Source: Botryllus schlosseri
Taxonomy: Eukaryota
Length of the DNA stretch: 60,000 nucleotides
Assembly (NCBI GenBank): GCA_051294905.1
Contig: CM119372.1
Location: 16,680,001-16,740,000, forward strand
Direction of reading: 5' to 3'
Each line of letters begins with the position of its first letter. The stretch's first letter is position 1. Below are positions 37,880 to 51,700 of the stretch, piece by piece. Below the pieces are notes generated by a model. It was not told the origin of the DNA and ran no database searches. It saw only the letters and a list, made by a program, of their open reading frames with translations. A program made the translations under genes and the position numbers.

Positions 37880-40800
37880 TCAAAATCGCACTGGACACTC
37901 ATATCTTTGCTCCATCGACATCGCAATTCTGTCCATCATCCTTTCGTATCTGGTAATTTTCTTGTTAATACATTCGAATTGATCAGAAATATCTGTTTTC
38001 ATATTTAGCAAGGACATCAAAGTTTCCTTGGTCTGAATAGGCAGGTCCATCGTCATCCATTCCAACCTTTCAAGACTGAAAGTCACGTCTTGAATTCGGC
38101 GGAATCGGCCATTTTCTTTCGTCACGTACACCAGCGTCGCAGTGATCAAAGTGTCGTTGCGGTATCGCATTCCCGCCCCACCATTTTTCTGGTACACAGA
38201 GAGGTTTCTGACTGGGATGAGTTTGATCTGATCGGGATTCGTTGTGCAGTTAGTTATGTTCGTGGAACTTTTATCTTCAGGTCGCGGATTCTTGCTATCG
38301 GACGTCTGGAAACGTAATTGATTTCATTCGTATCGTATATTTATCTATCATATACCCACTTCTGGCATCTGCGAATGCGGTAACCCAGTAGGTTTCGCCG
38401 GAGATACTTTGCGTTTTCCTCTCTGAAATGGAATTTGCTAAAATTCATCAACACATTGGCGCCTAACTATAATCAAATTAGGAAAGGAGAGAGAATAATA
38501 ACTTCACTCGAATGTTACGTCACAGGTACTGCGGATCGGCGTAATGCCTCGAAGAGAATCACTTGTCCTGTTTGCCATGCTCCTACAACAGTGGCCCTTC
38601 ACCTTTCTAAGGGTTACCATATTTTAAGAACTGGAAAAGAGGACACTTAAATTTCCAAAATCGACTCCCCGTAGACCCGCTTTAACGTCAGTTTTTTGTC
38701 ATCCTTCCCGTAGAGATCCGTTTTTCCCCGCCATTTATGGCGTTTATTTGGTTGTGTCTGTGCAATCGTCTGTCCGTCAAAGCTATAAATAGGTACGAAT
38801 TGCCAAAAATGAGTTCATTTACGATTTCTTGATAAAGGAGGACTAATGGTAACCCTATCTTTTTTCTGACGGACCAATACGATAATCTGCAATCCTTCGG
38901 CGAAACCCAAATTTTCGAGTCACAAAAACAAAGGAACTGCCGCATAAAGCATCTGTACTATAGCAGACTGATGCACAAAATGAGATGTGCATCAAAAACA
39001 GTATTAAAAGTAACAAACCATTAAAACATATCTTCACACAAAAGAAAAGACCAATGAATATAACTGCAAATCCGCATGGCTTCTGCTATATGAGTCGGGC
39101 GCGTGCCTTGATCTCCACCGAAACCTCAGCGAAACCTCTATGGCTCAGCGAAACCATAGAGATCATATGAATCCCGGTTAAGAACCGCTGCCCTAGAATA
39201 TGGAACCTCCTACCGCAATAGTAAAACTAACACTGGTAGAATAATTATTATTCACTGATAGCTTAAATCATCCGCAGATCGTTACTCCAATTAAGTTACC
39301 CTAAACTTGCGAAACAAAATTTCGAAAAAGTTGTCTGTCCTAGCTGGCCCGTGTTCTCCCTTCTTCTGTTCCGGGATGCGGTGGTTTTCGACCTAGACAG
39401 AATGTAAGAGAAGTTTAATATTTTAGTTATAATCAATGTGTGGACCTATCTGAGAAAAAGGACGCAGACGGCTGGTAGGCAAAGAATTTGTTCGTTATGC
39501 ACGGATCATTTTGTTATTAGCACTCCATACTGTACGTATACCCAAGGAGCATGCGGCTCATCCTTATTTCTGAATAAGTATTCATTGACGCTCTAATATA
39601 GGTGAAAACTCTGCATGCTGTTGAGAAGTAGCCAATTGTATTCTAGGTATTCTAATCTTGGAATCTGTCACAAGAATCATACGCGCCCAATCTGCCGATT
39701 TCATCACCCTATAGAAATACCTTTTTCGTGAGGTCGTAAGTCATCACAAATGTGCGAAAGAACATTTTTTGAACATCTAAGCAGAGTTTCATCGATTCGA
39801 AGGCATCGGCGTGAGAGATTTTTTCCAGAGTGGCGTAAGTCAGTGCTTTCAACGTGCTTTCACTGAAAACCGGGGCATTGATGTTCTTGATTGTCCAGAA
39901 GGCGATACCAAAGCTGTCCGATGGAGCTGAAAATACAGCAGAAAAACTGATGTATGTAAAAGAATATGGTTTCAAGCCATAGAACGATCTGGTATTATTG
40001 CTGCCATAATGTATCACCGTTATAAATTCGTCGCATTGTGAGCGTTAGTCGGGCTATTAGCCCCTGCTGTCATATTCGTTACTAATACCCCCTTTTCGCC
40101 ACTCATTGTGCGAGGTCAAGCATATGTGGGCCAGGAATTACGATACAGACACACAAGAACCAGAACGCCAATTTATTTGAATTCATAATATAAGATTAGT
40201 AACTTGGCTGTTCCGACGTTTGCCTGCGTTTGCCGGTTAATACAGGGGTGGCCAACCTTTTCGGCCAAGGAGCGACATTAGATTTATGGATCATTGCGCG
40301 GGCCACTTGAATGTTCATGACATTTTTTTAGTCTTCCGATGGGAGCGAACCGGATTAGGTAACGGCGAAAACAATACTTATAATAATACGCATCAAAACC
40401 AATGATAATTATGAAATGAATAGTCAGTGTGCATTGTGCAACCATGTCCTAGTCGGGCACAGCGCGAAAATTTTTCATACATAATGAATAAATTCGGGCA
40501 TAATAATGTTACTTGCATATATTGCGGGTCGCCTCTGCAGATATCGCTGGGCTCCTTTGGCAAGGACAGGATTATTCGGTGTTTGGACTTATAAATATCG
40601 AAGATTTTGGATAACATGCGAGATATTGTACTATACTATATGATCATAAACGACTATAGCCACGAAAAATGTGGCTGGCACCTGGCTACGCCAAGGCATC
40701 GGAACTGATATTTTAGTCATCAAAATCCCAAATTCCGCGATCAAGCTTATCAAATTTTGGTTATTTGGTTTAGGTGAATTATTTTTTGATAATATACCTA

Positions 40801-41094
40801 ATTTCGAGGATTACCTCGCGGGCCATGGGTTAGCCGCCCCTGAGCTAATACTATCCTGACAGAATAGCTACATCTACTGTCGTGAACTAAACGAGTGAAC
40901 ATTACAAATCATAAAATAGTGATAACTGAGCATGAGCTTGAGCAATCATGTTACAGTCCTATTTCATTCCCACTAATATGGACCACGTATCATATAGGGA
41001 ACTAGCTGTATCGGAATTAATATTGCCTTGGCGGAGAGAGAGAGAGAAAAAGAGAGAGACAGGGAGACAGAGAGAAAGAAAGAGAGAGAAAGAA

Positions 41095-41145
<51 letters not shown>

Positions 41146-41160
41146 AAGAGAGAGAGAGAA

Positions 41161-41191
<31 letters not shown>

Positions 41192-41234
41192 AAGAGAGAG
41201 GAAGAAAGAGAGAAAGAGAGAGAGAGAGAAAGAA

Positions 41235-41273
<39 letters not shown>

Positions 41274-44200
41274 TAGCCTTGTAATATCGAAAAACTGTTG
41301 TGGCGATTAGGCAGCGTATGTTGTATCGTTCATAAAACAGCGAATTTCCATACCAAGAACTCCAACTACTTGACCGCTTTGAATAACTTCCAATGATCCA
41401 GAAATGATAAAATACAAGTCAGTAACTTCCTCCCCCTTTTTGATCAAAACACTGCCGGGCGTAGCATAAATTCTTTCCAATTTTGAGGAGATGCGCCTCT
41501 GACTGGCTGCGGTCAGTCGCTGAAAGGTGGTTTGACTGTTCATCACGTTCCTGTGCAGCTGGACACGAGTTTCCGCTCGCAGGTGTTCCGGCAAGAAATC
41601 CAAAACCTTGTGGAAAGTAAAATGTCTGTTATTCTCATTTCTGTGTCGCTTGTCAGTGTGAGATATTTTAATCAACATGAGATTGACAATAACGAAAGAT
41701 AAAATTGATGGTTTCTGTGCCTTGATATTATTAGCGAGGGACATTATACGTGATATGATAAGACTACGACGCAGTTGGTGAATTTGATTTATGTGTGCGG
41801 TGACAAGCACTACTATGAGATATGGCACTATCATTTGAGGAGAAGACAAACAAACAATGAAATATTTTGTTGCCAACAACTCTGTACGGAATATTTCGCA
41901 CACATATGATTCGGTGGTAGTTTAGGACCGAACGCCGCATTTATGTACCCAGACAAGGTCGTAGAATCTCCGTTTTATTGCTCCAATGTCAATGTAAAAG
42001 TAACTTGACACTTTTACTACTTTTTTCTATTTACTGTTCTCCCTGTCGCCTTGCTGTAAATCAGCTCGTGACATAAGATTTTCGAAGGGAACGACTCAGA
42101 GTCTGGATTGTATACTTAGCTTCGGGTTTCAATTCTATTGATGACAACATATCATTGTCCTTCCCTGCGTATGCAACAGCATTACGTTTTCTTGCAATTT
42201 ATGCGTATTCAATAGCATTACGTTTTCTTGCAATTTATGAAATGAAATCTGCATTGGGACGAACTATTCTGACGCGAACTTAGGATTATAGAGCTTAATT
42301 CAAAATTGATTACGCGATTGATCAACGAAGTCTTAGCGACTTATGCACGGGATATGCTACCTTATCGGGACTGATTCCTTTCGTACTAGCATTTGCGAAG
42401 AAGACGTGCTCCTCCAAAGAATCTTTCACATTTCTAGGAAGTTCGTGAGACCCGTTGAAGTCTCGTACCAGCCTCATGGCAATATCAAGCTCGTTTTCTC
42501 CGGCGCACAATATGGTCTGTACTACATTCGTAACATTCGCGAGAATCGTAGCGTAGATAATTCCTTAAAATACGAATGCATATCATATTGTGTAGACTAC
42601 GAGGTATATCAAACAGTTGCAACAGAAAAGATGACCAGAAATTTCCGTCATTTTTAAGGTGCCATGACCAGGAGCAAAGAGCTGAGGCTAATCAAAGAAC
42701 GGGATTTTGTCGATGCTGATTATCCGCTACGCAGCGCAGTTTACTCGGAACATTGACATGCCAACATTTTGAAAGCAGGCATATTGAAATCTCGTACTAC
42801 TTCTTAACGATGTCTCGATTCTTCTCGATATTATGAAGCTAAATACAGAATGATCACCTCCAAACATCAGCATTATGATGCAAAATATTTGTTCATTGTG
42901 GGTTTCTCCAGAGATATTTCCAAATCCTTGCGATACAATCGCTGTCAGCGCGAAATACAGACATGCGATGTAACACGACGGAATCCCAGGTCCACCTAGG
43001 AGCTGATCTAGAGGGATGAAAAGCAGGTCTATAAAACATTGCAATAAGTCGTTTTCATATTAGCCTCTTCGGCATTACTCTAATTGCAATGGCATATGGA
43101 ATACAGAATCAATTAATCATCAGCTATGAATAAAGAACAAAAATGCTCCACAATCATAACATATCTTCGGGAAAAACAACAAGTAGCTTCGACTACTCCA
43201 AAATCAAATCTAAAAATTACGTTTTTCGGACCTCTTATTTGTGACTGTACTACGATTGAACAATGATCATACTGTTTCTACATCTTACATATATTCTGCC
43301 GGACAACAAAGTAGTTCTAATGTCACGGGCATATACTGCCATTACGCAGATCGCAATAAGTGCAATATATTATAAGACACTATGTATAAGAGTCTGTTGC
43401 CAAAACAAGTTCGTCACGATGTGAATTAGAGAGTACCTGTGACATTGTCGAAGTAAAACTCCTCGCGTTGTGATTCTCCAAGACGGAGTAACCAGTTCTT
43501 CGGAGGATTGGGCGTTCGCATGGCTGGCGGTACGGCAGTTTCAGGTTTAGTGGTAAGGCTATCAATCGTTGCGCCACGTTTAGCAGCGTGAATCAGATAA
43601 CCATCCCCGAATAGAAAAATTCTATTTTCAACGGACTCGTGCATATATTGTGAAGTAACCGTGGGTTTATCACTTGCCACCGTCACACCGATGCTCTGCC
43701 GCTGATTTTGTAGGAAAAAAGCGGCCTCCGTCACCGCCAAGGAATACCAAGCGCACCCGATCCAATGACAAAGTAGCAGTATGAGAATCGTCTGGAAAAT
43801 TTGGAACTCAGCAGGTGGGAAGTGCAGAAAGTTGAGAAAGTTGCAGTTAATTTTAACAAAAGTTGCAGCAGAAGTCGCATTCACGCACAAGTTCTATTAA
43901 AATTAAAGAGTTATAAAGTTATGCGAGATATGGGGATACTCGAACTGTTCCGTCGTATAATCCAGCAGTGTAAGATTTTCAGGGTGTCTGCTTGTTCCGT
44001 TTATTTCATCGTAATTCAATCGATCATTCAGTCATCATTTTTATGTTTAGGTTTGAAACCTACATACATGACAGTATTTCGTTGTCAGCTCCAGCGGAGC
44101 TGTCAAATTCGGTACTTTCCCATTTCACGGACGGCCTGGCGAGACCGACCGCCGAAAATTATATTTTTTTGCCGGTACGCAGCATAAAAACGATAATCCA

Positions 44201-47200
44201 TCCCTCCCTTATCCCCAAAACAAGTCAAATAACACACCCCAAACCCCATAGGTCTGCATTCTGCAAACTTGATCCAAGGCATTGCAGAAAACATACAGTT
44301 GTTACTAAGCTATCTCAACAAAACTTGACCTCGAAAGACTAGTCACTAGCCGTTTCCGTTTTTGCGGGCTTGGCCAAGAGGCAAGTCATTCTTCCACTTC
44401 AAATTTAGTTCGGTCTCTGTCGTGCTCGACTGGAGTTGTTCAACTTCTAGCTTGTATGCCAACTGTTGCGTCATAGATAAGATTGACTTGCAGCTAATCC
44501 ATCACGTAGCTCTTTGTTATTCAAATCAAAGAGAATAGAACCAATTTTCGAGCATGTTTTTTAAACCACTCTCTTACATTTGCACAATACTTGATAAAGG
44601 TTGCATGAAAAATATTTTTAAAAAAATGCAACTTGCAAAGACAATGCCTTGCATTATACAATGAGAAATTATTGTCAAGAAAAACATCTTCTGTTACTCA
44701 GCAGGTGTAACTATTATCAGTTGATCACGCATTTTAGTGTATGGCCCAGTAGCGCTGGTTGATATTGCCTTGATTCAAGTCTTACCAGTACTAAGATGGA
44801 GGGATAGGTTCTGGAGAAGTAGCGATCCAGATCCCGTGCTATCCGTAGCAGGCGGAGGAGACGAAAAGTTTTCAATGCTCCCAGTAATCTCGTGTTCGTC
44901 TACAACGAGAAGTATCTCAAAGTCCCGCATAGAAAAGCACGCTGAACCTGCTCAAATTCAAGTGTACCCTTTTTCACAGCAGAAGGTCTGCCAGAGTGAG
45001 AGCCTTTATTTCAATGCAACTTGGACATTATAGCCATTTAGTTGTAGGCTACCTATATGTCAGTTACATTCGCACAGCCACAATTAAATATGGTTGGTTA
45101 TACTTGCAGCTTGCACTTATCATTTCCAAGTCACAATACTTTGGAGATGTAGGCCTATAGATACATATATTGCAAGTCTTAATTGTTTTATGACCTGCAC
45201 CCTTTATGAGTAACTGGGGCAGGTTCCTTTTGAACTTGTGAATTTCTTTTATAGTGGAATGAACTTTAGTGCGGATCCTTCGCATGTGAAATCGCCAATG
45301 TCGCTGTTGTAGGTTGTAGCACTACCAAGGAAATTACTTGGAAATTACGTTAGTTAGTTAGTTGACATGAATTATGGCAAGATGCCATGCAGTCTCCTGC
45401 ATTCATGGATATGCAGCCACACATTTTAAATCAGACAAGTTATTGTCTGCCATTCAACATCATAAACTAACCGCAAAAAGCATTTACATCAGTAGCTTCG
45501 GAGCAAACATTTACTACTGGTAAAGTAGCCTAGTTTTGTACGTACCAGTGTAACTGAGTAAGAGGTCGGTTTACAATATTTTGAGATCCGGAAAAGAGGC
45601 CGCTTTTAGAAGTGACAAAAGATATCATAGTGGGCGAGAAAACGTGTAATATATAAACTTATACGTGAAATATTTTTGGGTTGACCAAGAAAAACCGCTC
45701 CCACGTAAAGTCTGTTGGCGGTGACGAAATGTTCCGCCTCCCGTCATCGCCGTGCAGATACAGATTTCGCGTCATTTAGGGCCTTTTTTAGTTATTCATG
45801 TACCATCCCCTACCTCTCACAGCTTTAAAGGAGGACGAATTGCCAAAAACGAGGACCGATCCTCCTTATGAATGACGTATGGAAACCCTAAAGAACACCG
45901 GCGCTTATTAATTAGTTTGACTATATTTGCAATAAGTATGACATCTGTAGCATGGGTTCTTAACGAGGGTTATACGAAGCAAATATTTCGCAAACCAACA
46001 TATATTGTGATAATTTATGGGGCAGATTTATACAACTCATTTTTTTGGGCCTTGCGCGATTTCACATCAATGGATTTCCCGGGTTTCATATATGTGTACC
46101 ATCCACAGCTGAACACGGCGGAAGATGTAAATTGCAGTGCCTTGCATTCTCGAAGTCACCACCTCCATCAGCTCTGCCGGAAACTCTAATCCAGTGGACT
46201 GGGAGAGCATAAAAATTAAATGTAATTTATGCAAGTACCAATACTATTAACGAAACGCTAGGGAAATTTCATGCTTTGACCGGGTAAAAGGCAAGAAATA
46301 GGCGGTAGGCTCATGATAAATAAATATGTCATCCGTTCAAGAATCGTGTAATTATTGTATATTACTCAATACGGAAAGAGTGTGCTTGTTTGTGAGTAAT
46401 GTTTATAAAGGGTAATTATGAAATTGCCTTTACCGGAATTTGTGTTAAAAACCCCATGGAGTATGGAGGCCCCAGACCAGCTTTCGGTAGCGGCCTGATA
46501 AAGTGCTGCTGCGATTATGGGCACTGTCACTGGGCAGGGGGTACGAGAAATTGTAATGAAAGCTCCGCTGGTAAGAGCGCTAAAAAGGTTAAGAAACACT
46601 GCCTAATAGTATATAGCCTACATAGATAAACATCCGTACATGCACACTTCCTGCAAGCCATAATATCGCGTCGTACGGAATGCAGGTCAAAACGTCCAGC
46701 AAAAACCACGACTTGATGTATCGAGTTCGGATTTCCCAAAAGTCTGTAATGATTTCACCTGGAAAGGAGGATATACTATACATTATTACCATGAATGGTA
46801 TAGGTGACGTGCCACGACTAGGTTTAGAAGACTTTAATGATTCGCCGGGCGGCTCGTAGGTAAAATAAATGGGGATGCTGTGGGATGATCGTTACTGAAG
46901 TCAATGCACCTCAGTTTATCTACTGTCCTTACGTAGCTTTCTATGCCGTGTTTCCTATTCTAGTATCATCGTCAGCAATGTTACGGTTCGGTTTGTTAGC
47001 AATCAGTTCAATACACCACAAAAATTGCGATACAATGAAAAGATAGGAAGATGTCGAAACGGCTTGGAGCATAGTCTTCGAAATCAGACCCCCACCTTGG
47101 CCTAGGCGATGTAAAGAGGAGGCATGCACAGTTGCACACTGAATGAAAAGTAAAAGAAGATAATATAAAAAAGCAAGCGACAAAAAGAGGTGGCATGTCA

Positions 47201-50200
47201 CAGAAGGCGAGATCGAAAGGTCAGGTCGTGGTCGTCTGGCAATCTTTAGGATGGACTAGTATTCATTTAGTGCAGCGAACGCGGGGTTATTCAACATTTC
47301 CGGGGAGGATTTACCACGATGCAGTGTTGGGATGACGACACAGACTGAAAATGTTTGACGACTTGAATCGACTCGAACTCGGAAGAGATGACTTTATTCG
47401 GGTTACGTTGAAAAGTTTTGCGCTAGAATTGAAAATTTTTGGAACTGCGCGATCTGATAAGAGGGTATTGGATTTAGCCTATGTAATGTCGGTCCTAACC
47501 CCAACCCCAAGTTTTACCCACATGCTCAAGTGTCGCATGCTATTATGTCCACGGACCGACAGTGGGATATCATTGGCTATTCGTTGTAATGGAAAAGTCG
47601 CAGATACCGGTAACGTCAAACTTATGACATGACAGAGGCTCAGTAAAGTAACAGTATAATTTGTCGCCAGTTGCCTGCGAGGCCGTAGCAGTTACAGATT
47701 GTGCTCTCTGTATCACCGCTGTAGTTTGCCTGGATGTTTAGTCGTCTTTAATTGTTTGTTTATTGAATTGTGAACGACGTAAAGCCATTTTGAAACAGGA
47801 CCGGTAATTTGTACCGAACAAAGATATATATTGGTACCGGTAGTGAAGACAGGTGATGGTGTCAGAGCGAAATTCACACCATTTCTATGTCTGTGTGTGG
47901 GCATATCCTGTCTGGCTTGGTGTTGTTTTAACCTATTCCTTGGTTGGAAACCTAGAAAGCAGATACTCTGGATAAACGTATGTCGGAACTCAAACGCAGA
48001 TTTCTGGTAGTATAGGCTACATCTCAATGCACGTCGGATACCACATCGGCGACCTGATTATAGGCAGGAGTAGCATATTTTGTTTATTTTACACTTTGTT
48101 GGGCTCTTGGGCTATTGCGGTTATTGTGTATGTATGCATGATGAAGGAAGGGATGATCATGATATGGTTCCCTTCCCAGAAGTTTCAACTTGGAAAATCA
48201 AGCAGCCCCTGTATTAATTTCAAAGCTTATGCTTGAGGACCAATGAAAGATTGAAACGAAACGAATCCCATCGATTATCTTTGAATACTCTTAGATTTAT
48301 ATAAAAAATAATAATCTAGCTACTTGAATGGTCGATTCCCAAGAAAGTATTCAATATAGATTGGAAGGAGCTTCTTGGAGTACAGAACTTCAATATAAAA
48401 TTGAATAGTATATTCATATTGAAATGAACCCGAATATTTTCGGCTGACACTCGTCTGGGGTAATCGTCAGCAACTAGTAAAGAATTGGAAAGAACATTGT
48501 ACATCAACAATCGTATCACAAAATATGACGTCACCAGCATGGAATGAAATCTCAAATAAGAGAGCGTTCAATATACTATTTTAAGGTGGTACACGAACTC
48601 CTATACATAGACAAAGCTTGGGTTGATGTATTTTGATAAAAATCGACTCCAAGGCACACAGATGAAGGTGTGAGCGGCCCCTTGCGATGACGTGAAATCT
48701 GTTGTCTCGATAATTTTTTGCACAAGCTGGATTATCCAACAGATTACATAAATCAATTTCCGTGGCTTACTTCATAATGAAAAACTGCTTGTACACTAGA
48801 TGGCGCTATTACACGGGTAAAATTTATTCCGTTCTGCGATAAGCACCATTGAATTCGTTTAATTCATAAGAATAATTATAACAATGTGGTTATTTTTGGA
48901 CTTTCGATACATTCACCTACAAGAGCTGAAATATCACACGAGAAATGTCATTTATACTGTATGCAATTGCTGTCTCTCTACAGGTCTCATGAGCGCAATT
49001 GTAAAGAGTAGGTATAACTATTATATGCGGGCATTTTCCAATCTAAACCTATCACCGTGTCGCATAACATCGTTTATTATTCGCCGCCTTGACTGTGGAA
49101 TTTTCTCACTGCTTCACAAGAGTATGCATATTCCGAATAATCAAACCTATGATTCAAACCTATGGATGTTGCGATCCTTATTGTAGTAAATGCTCTGACA
49201 GTCTATACAAGTCTTCAGACTTATTACCCCATAACCTGCACACTGTATTACCGGCTTGAATCCAAATTACCGTAACATCTCATGTATTCTGACCAAAATG
49301 TTGATAAGTTGCAGGCGACCCGTGTATATTGGCATTTTCACCCGAGGCTCGGTCATAACGTGGTATACCGCTACCGCACCGCTCTGATTGTGTTGGCTGA
49401 CAATCGCAATACCAGCGATTCCGAGCACATTCTTCGTTGTACCCTTAAATATGTTGTATTCTGAGAACCATCGGCGGGGTGAAAATGGTGGTCTACTTTT
49501 GTCCTCTTCTTACATCAGGTATATATGGTCTGGCAGCAAAATATAATGACAGCTACAATAATCGAAAACTTCACTAAATCCACACATGTCACTCCTTGCC
49601 AAGAATAATTCGCCGGTTTCATTCGGCCAGTCACAAACCAAATATGTATTATAGGGAAACACGTAGTAAGCTTACCGGATAAGCTACTATATCCTGAATT
49701 ATATTTCTTGTATCAATTTATTCAATTTGTAGTTATTAAATATAGAACAGTAATTACGAAATGTACGCATACAATACAAATCTATCAAAACGGTGACGCT
49801 CCTGGTAACGAAATTGTTCCGTGCTAAATGTTAGTAGAAAAGGAATCATGAAATGATATCTTCCAGACGTAAAATGACTACTAAAACAACAACACTAGGG
49901 TGCGAATAATAATGCATTGCCACGACATATCCGTGAGTTACAGAATAATCGTTGCAAAAAAGACCTATACTTGATTACCTCTTATCGTCATAGTAACATT
50001 GTTGCCCTGTACCCTCGCCCAGACATTGATTCTTTGATTTGCTTTTATTCTTAAACTTTCTGTCTTTTTAAAAAAATAATTACACCCATTCGTTACAGTC
50101 AGATTGTATGGAGACAGTGTACTTATTGGATGCGGGCGTGGTCTGACTAGTTAAACTCCAGGATCGTATCGATCTTCCCCATCCTATGCCAAATACTGTG

Positions 50201-51700
50201 GTACGTGTTTTCTATGTCGTCATTTTGCCGTCTGTTTGTTTTGTATTTTAGTTGGATAAAAATTAAAGACACTCTCTCTCCCTCTCTTTCTCTCTCTCTA
50301 GGTGTAAGATGTTGGTGGAATCCAAATTATTGATTAGGATGGAGTTCCTAGACGAGCAAACGTCTTGTGAAGTACTCTAGAAGTGTAAGTAAGGTATTCG
50401 GCAAGCTATTGATGAACAAAGTGACCCCACACTTTGAAGCGGATGCGTAGTTAATAATTTTTCCGATATTACTTCACTGATAAACACTCCGCGCTATCAA
50501 GAGGGTTTAGCGTTTTTTCGAGAGGTACAAAATTCTACTAGGGAATTTCCAAAGCATTTACCCTGTCTAAACCATTTCTAATGTTGCATTTCTCACTAAT
50601 CAAACTACAAGCTTCCGAAGACAAACATTCACGTTCCGGACTTTTAATCGCTGAAACCTCGAAGTATATGTTTTTACGTAGAATTTTAAATGGCAATAAA
50701 TTTTTCCGAATTTTCACGCTCATCGAATTCTTATCTCATGACATTATTACGAAGATATGCGATTACGTGGGCCAACTTGATTGCGGAAACTGTTTTTCTC
50801 ATAACCTGTTCGAAAGTTCTCCGAAATAAGCACCGCTATTTCAATGGGTCATCAATTCTACCTGAAACCATACCTCTTGATCCCGCTCTCGTGGCGTAGA
50901 AATTAAGGATAACGTCACCCAGGAAGAATATGTCGATCAAAGAGTCCGCCAGTATCCACCAGCCACTAAAATAAAATAATAATTTTAAAATCATGCATCT
51001 TTCGTGAGATTATTTCCTGCAAAACGGCATCTTTTCACGTATGTGATGATATACCATCAAACGATTAGAATCGTGCTTTGAATGCTGATATTTCCACTGA
51101 TACTTATCCTCTAAATAACTGCAAAACTTTATATTTTTATCGCTAAACTTTAGATTCGTGAAGGGTTGTGAAAGTATACACTTAGCTGGGTGTGTTCAGG
51201 GCTGAAACAGATACTCCTATTTACTGATTCGAAACCCGAGATTCAGATCGTCATCGCAATTATATAACATTATACATTGATTTGATCACGGAATGAATTT
51301 TTCTGACGCGATCTGAATGGAAGACAACGTACTTTTCGTCGACCATGTCGAATGCTGTCACCAAAGGTACAGCAAAAGCTGTGTAGTACGTTAACGCCAA
51401 TATGAACCAATCCCAATGTGCTTTGAATTTGCCATAGTGAAGAATCAGGTTAGCAATACGCCTTGGCAGTTCTTGTCTTTTCTTGTGCACAACTCCATCT
51501 GTGCGTGAATCTCTCCCTGTGCTTGGAAAACCAACAGTTAGAGTACTACGATAATTCGCCAATCTTAAACTCGCACGTGGTTATCAGCTAGATATGTTGC
51601 TTGACATCATCGTACGGGGCGATTTTGAAGATTTCGACTCACTTAAATTTTTGTAGGTTGGATCTGTATTCCTGTCTTCGCATGTGGTCTTCGAGCTCAT
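37880..51700 (-). CDS. KCNH/ether-a-go-go-family voltage-gated channel with cyclic-nucleotide-binding homology domain (>=13 exons, ~771 aa); 5' end uncertain
   Basis: Exons 51700-51643 (tentative), 51516-51333 (ILHYGKFKAHWDWFIL, S1), 50965-50874 (S2), 46758-46640 (YIKSWFLLD, S3), 44899-44786 (LKTFRLLRLLRIAR, S4), 43791-43437 (S5/turret), 43007-42858 (GGP..LYF..SQGFGN, pore/S6), 42563-42361, 41606-41354, 39926-39721 (LKALTY..TYDL), 39392-39300, 38422-38360 and 38305-37880. All are GT-AG and phase-consistent. Confidence 0.9.
38609..38857. mobile_element. MITE family B, short copy in a KCNH intron
   Basis: agggttaccata...aatggtaacccta; another right end (tatggaaacccta) lies at ~45878-45890. Confidence 0.7.
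40243..40842. mobile_element. Charlie-like hAT MITE in a KCNH intron
   Basis: TIR caggggtggccaacc/ggttagccgcccctg; degenerate TSD GGTTAATA/AGCTAATA. Confidence 0.75.
41033..41272 (+). repeat. (GA)n purine-rich microsatellite, ~240 bp
   Basis: Near-continuous AG/AAAG repeats with only two C residues. Confidence 0.97.
43818..44695. repeat. Interspersed repeat homologous to 55903-56712
   Basis: Colinear blocks, e.g. CTCGAA.TGTTCCGT, TTTCG.TGTCAGCTCC, CTGCAAACTTGA.CCAAGGCATTGCAG and AAATCAAAGAGAA; flanked by a 12-bp direct repeat ACTCAGCAGGTG. Confidence 0.75.

Noticed and set aside
40948..41310. RE/KE-rich ORFs
   Set aside because: These are translations of the (GA)n microsatellite.
41607..41903. 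N-terminal half of the 198-aa ORF as coding sequence
   Set aside because: Channel homology starts only at the acceptor at 41606; the upstream part is intron read-through.
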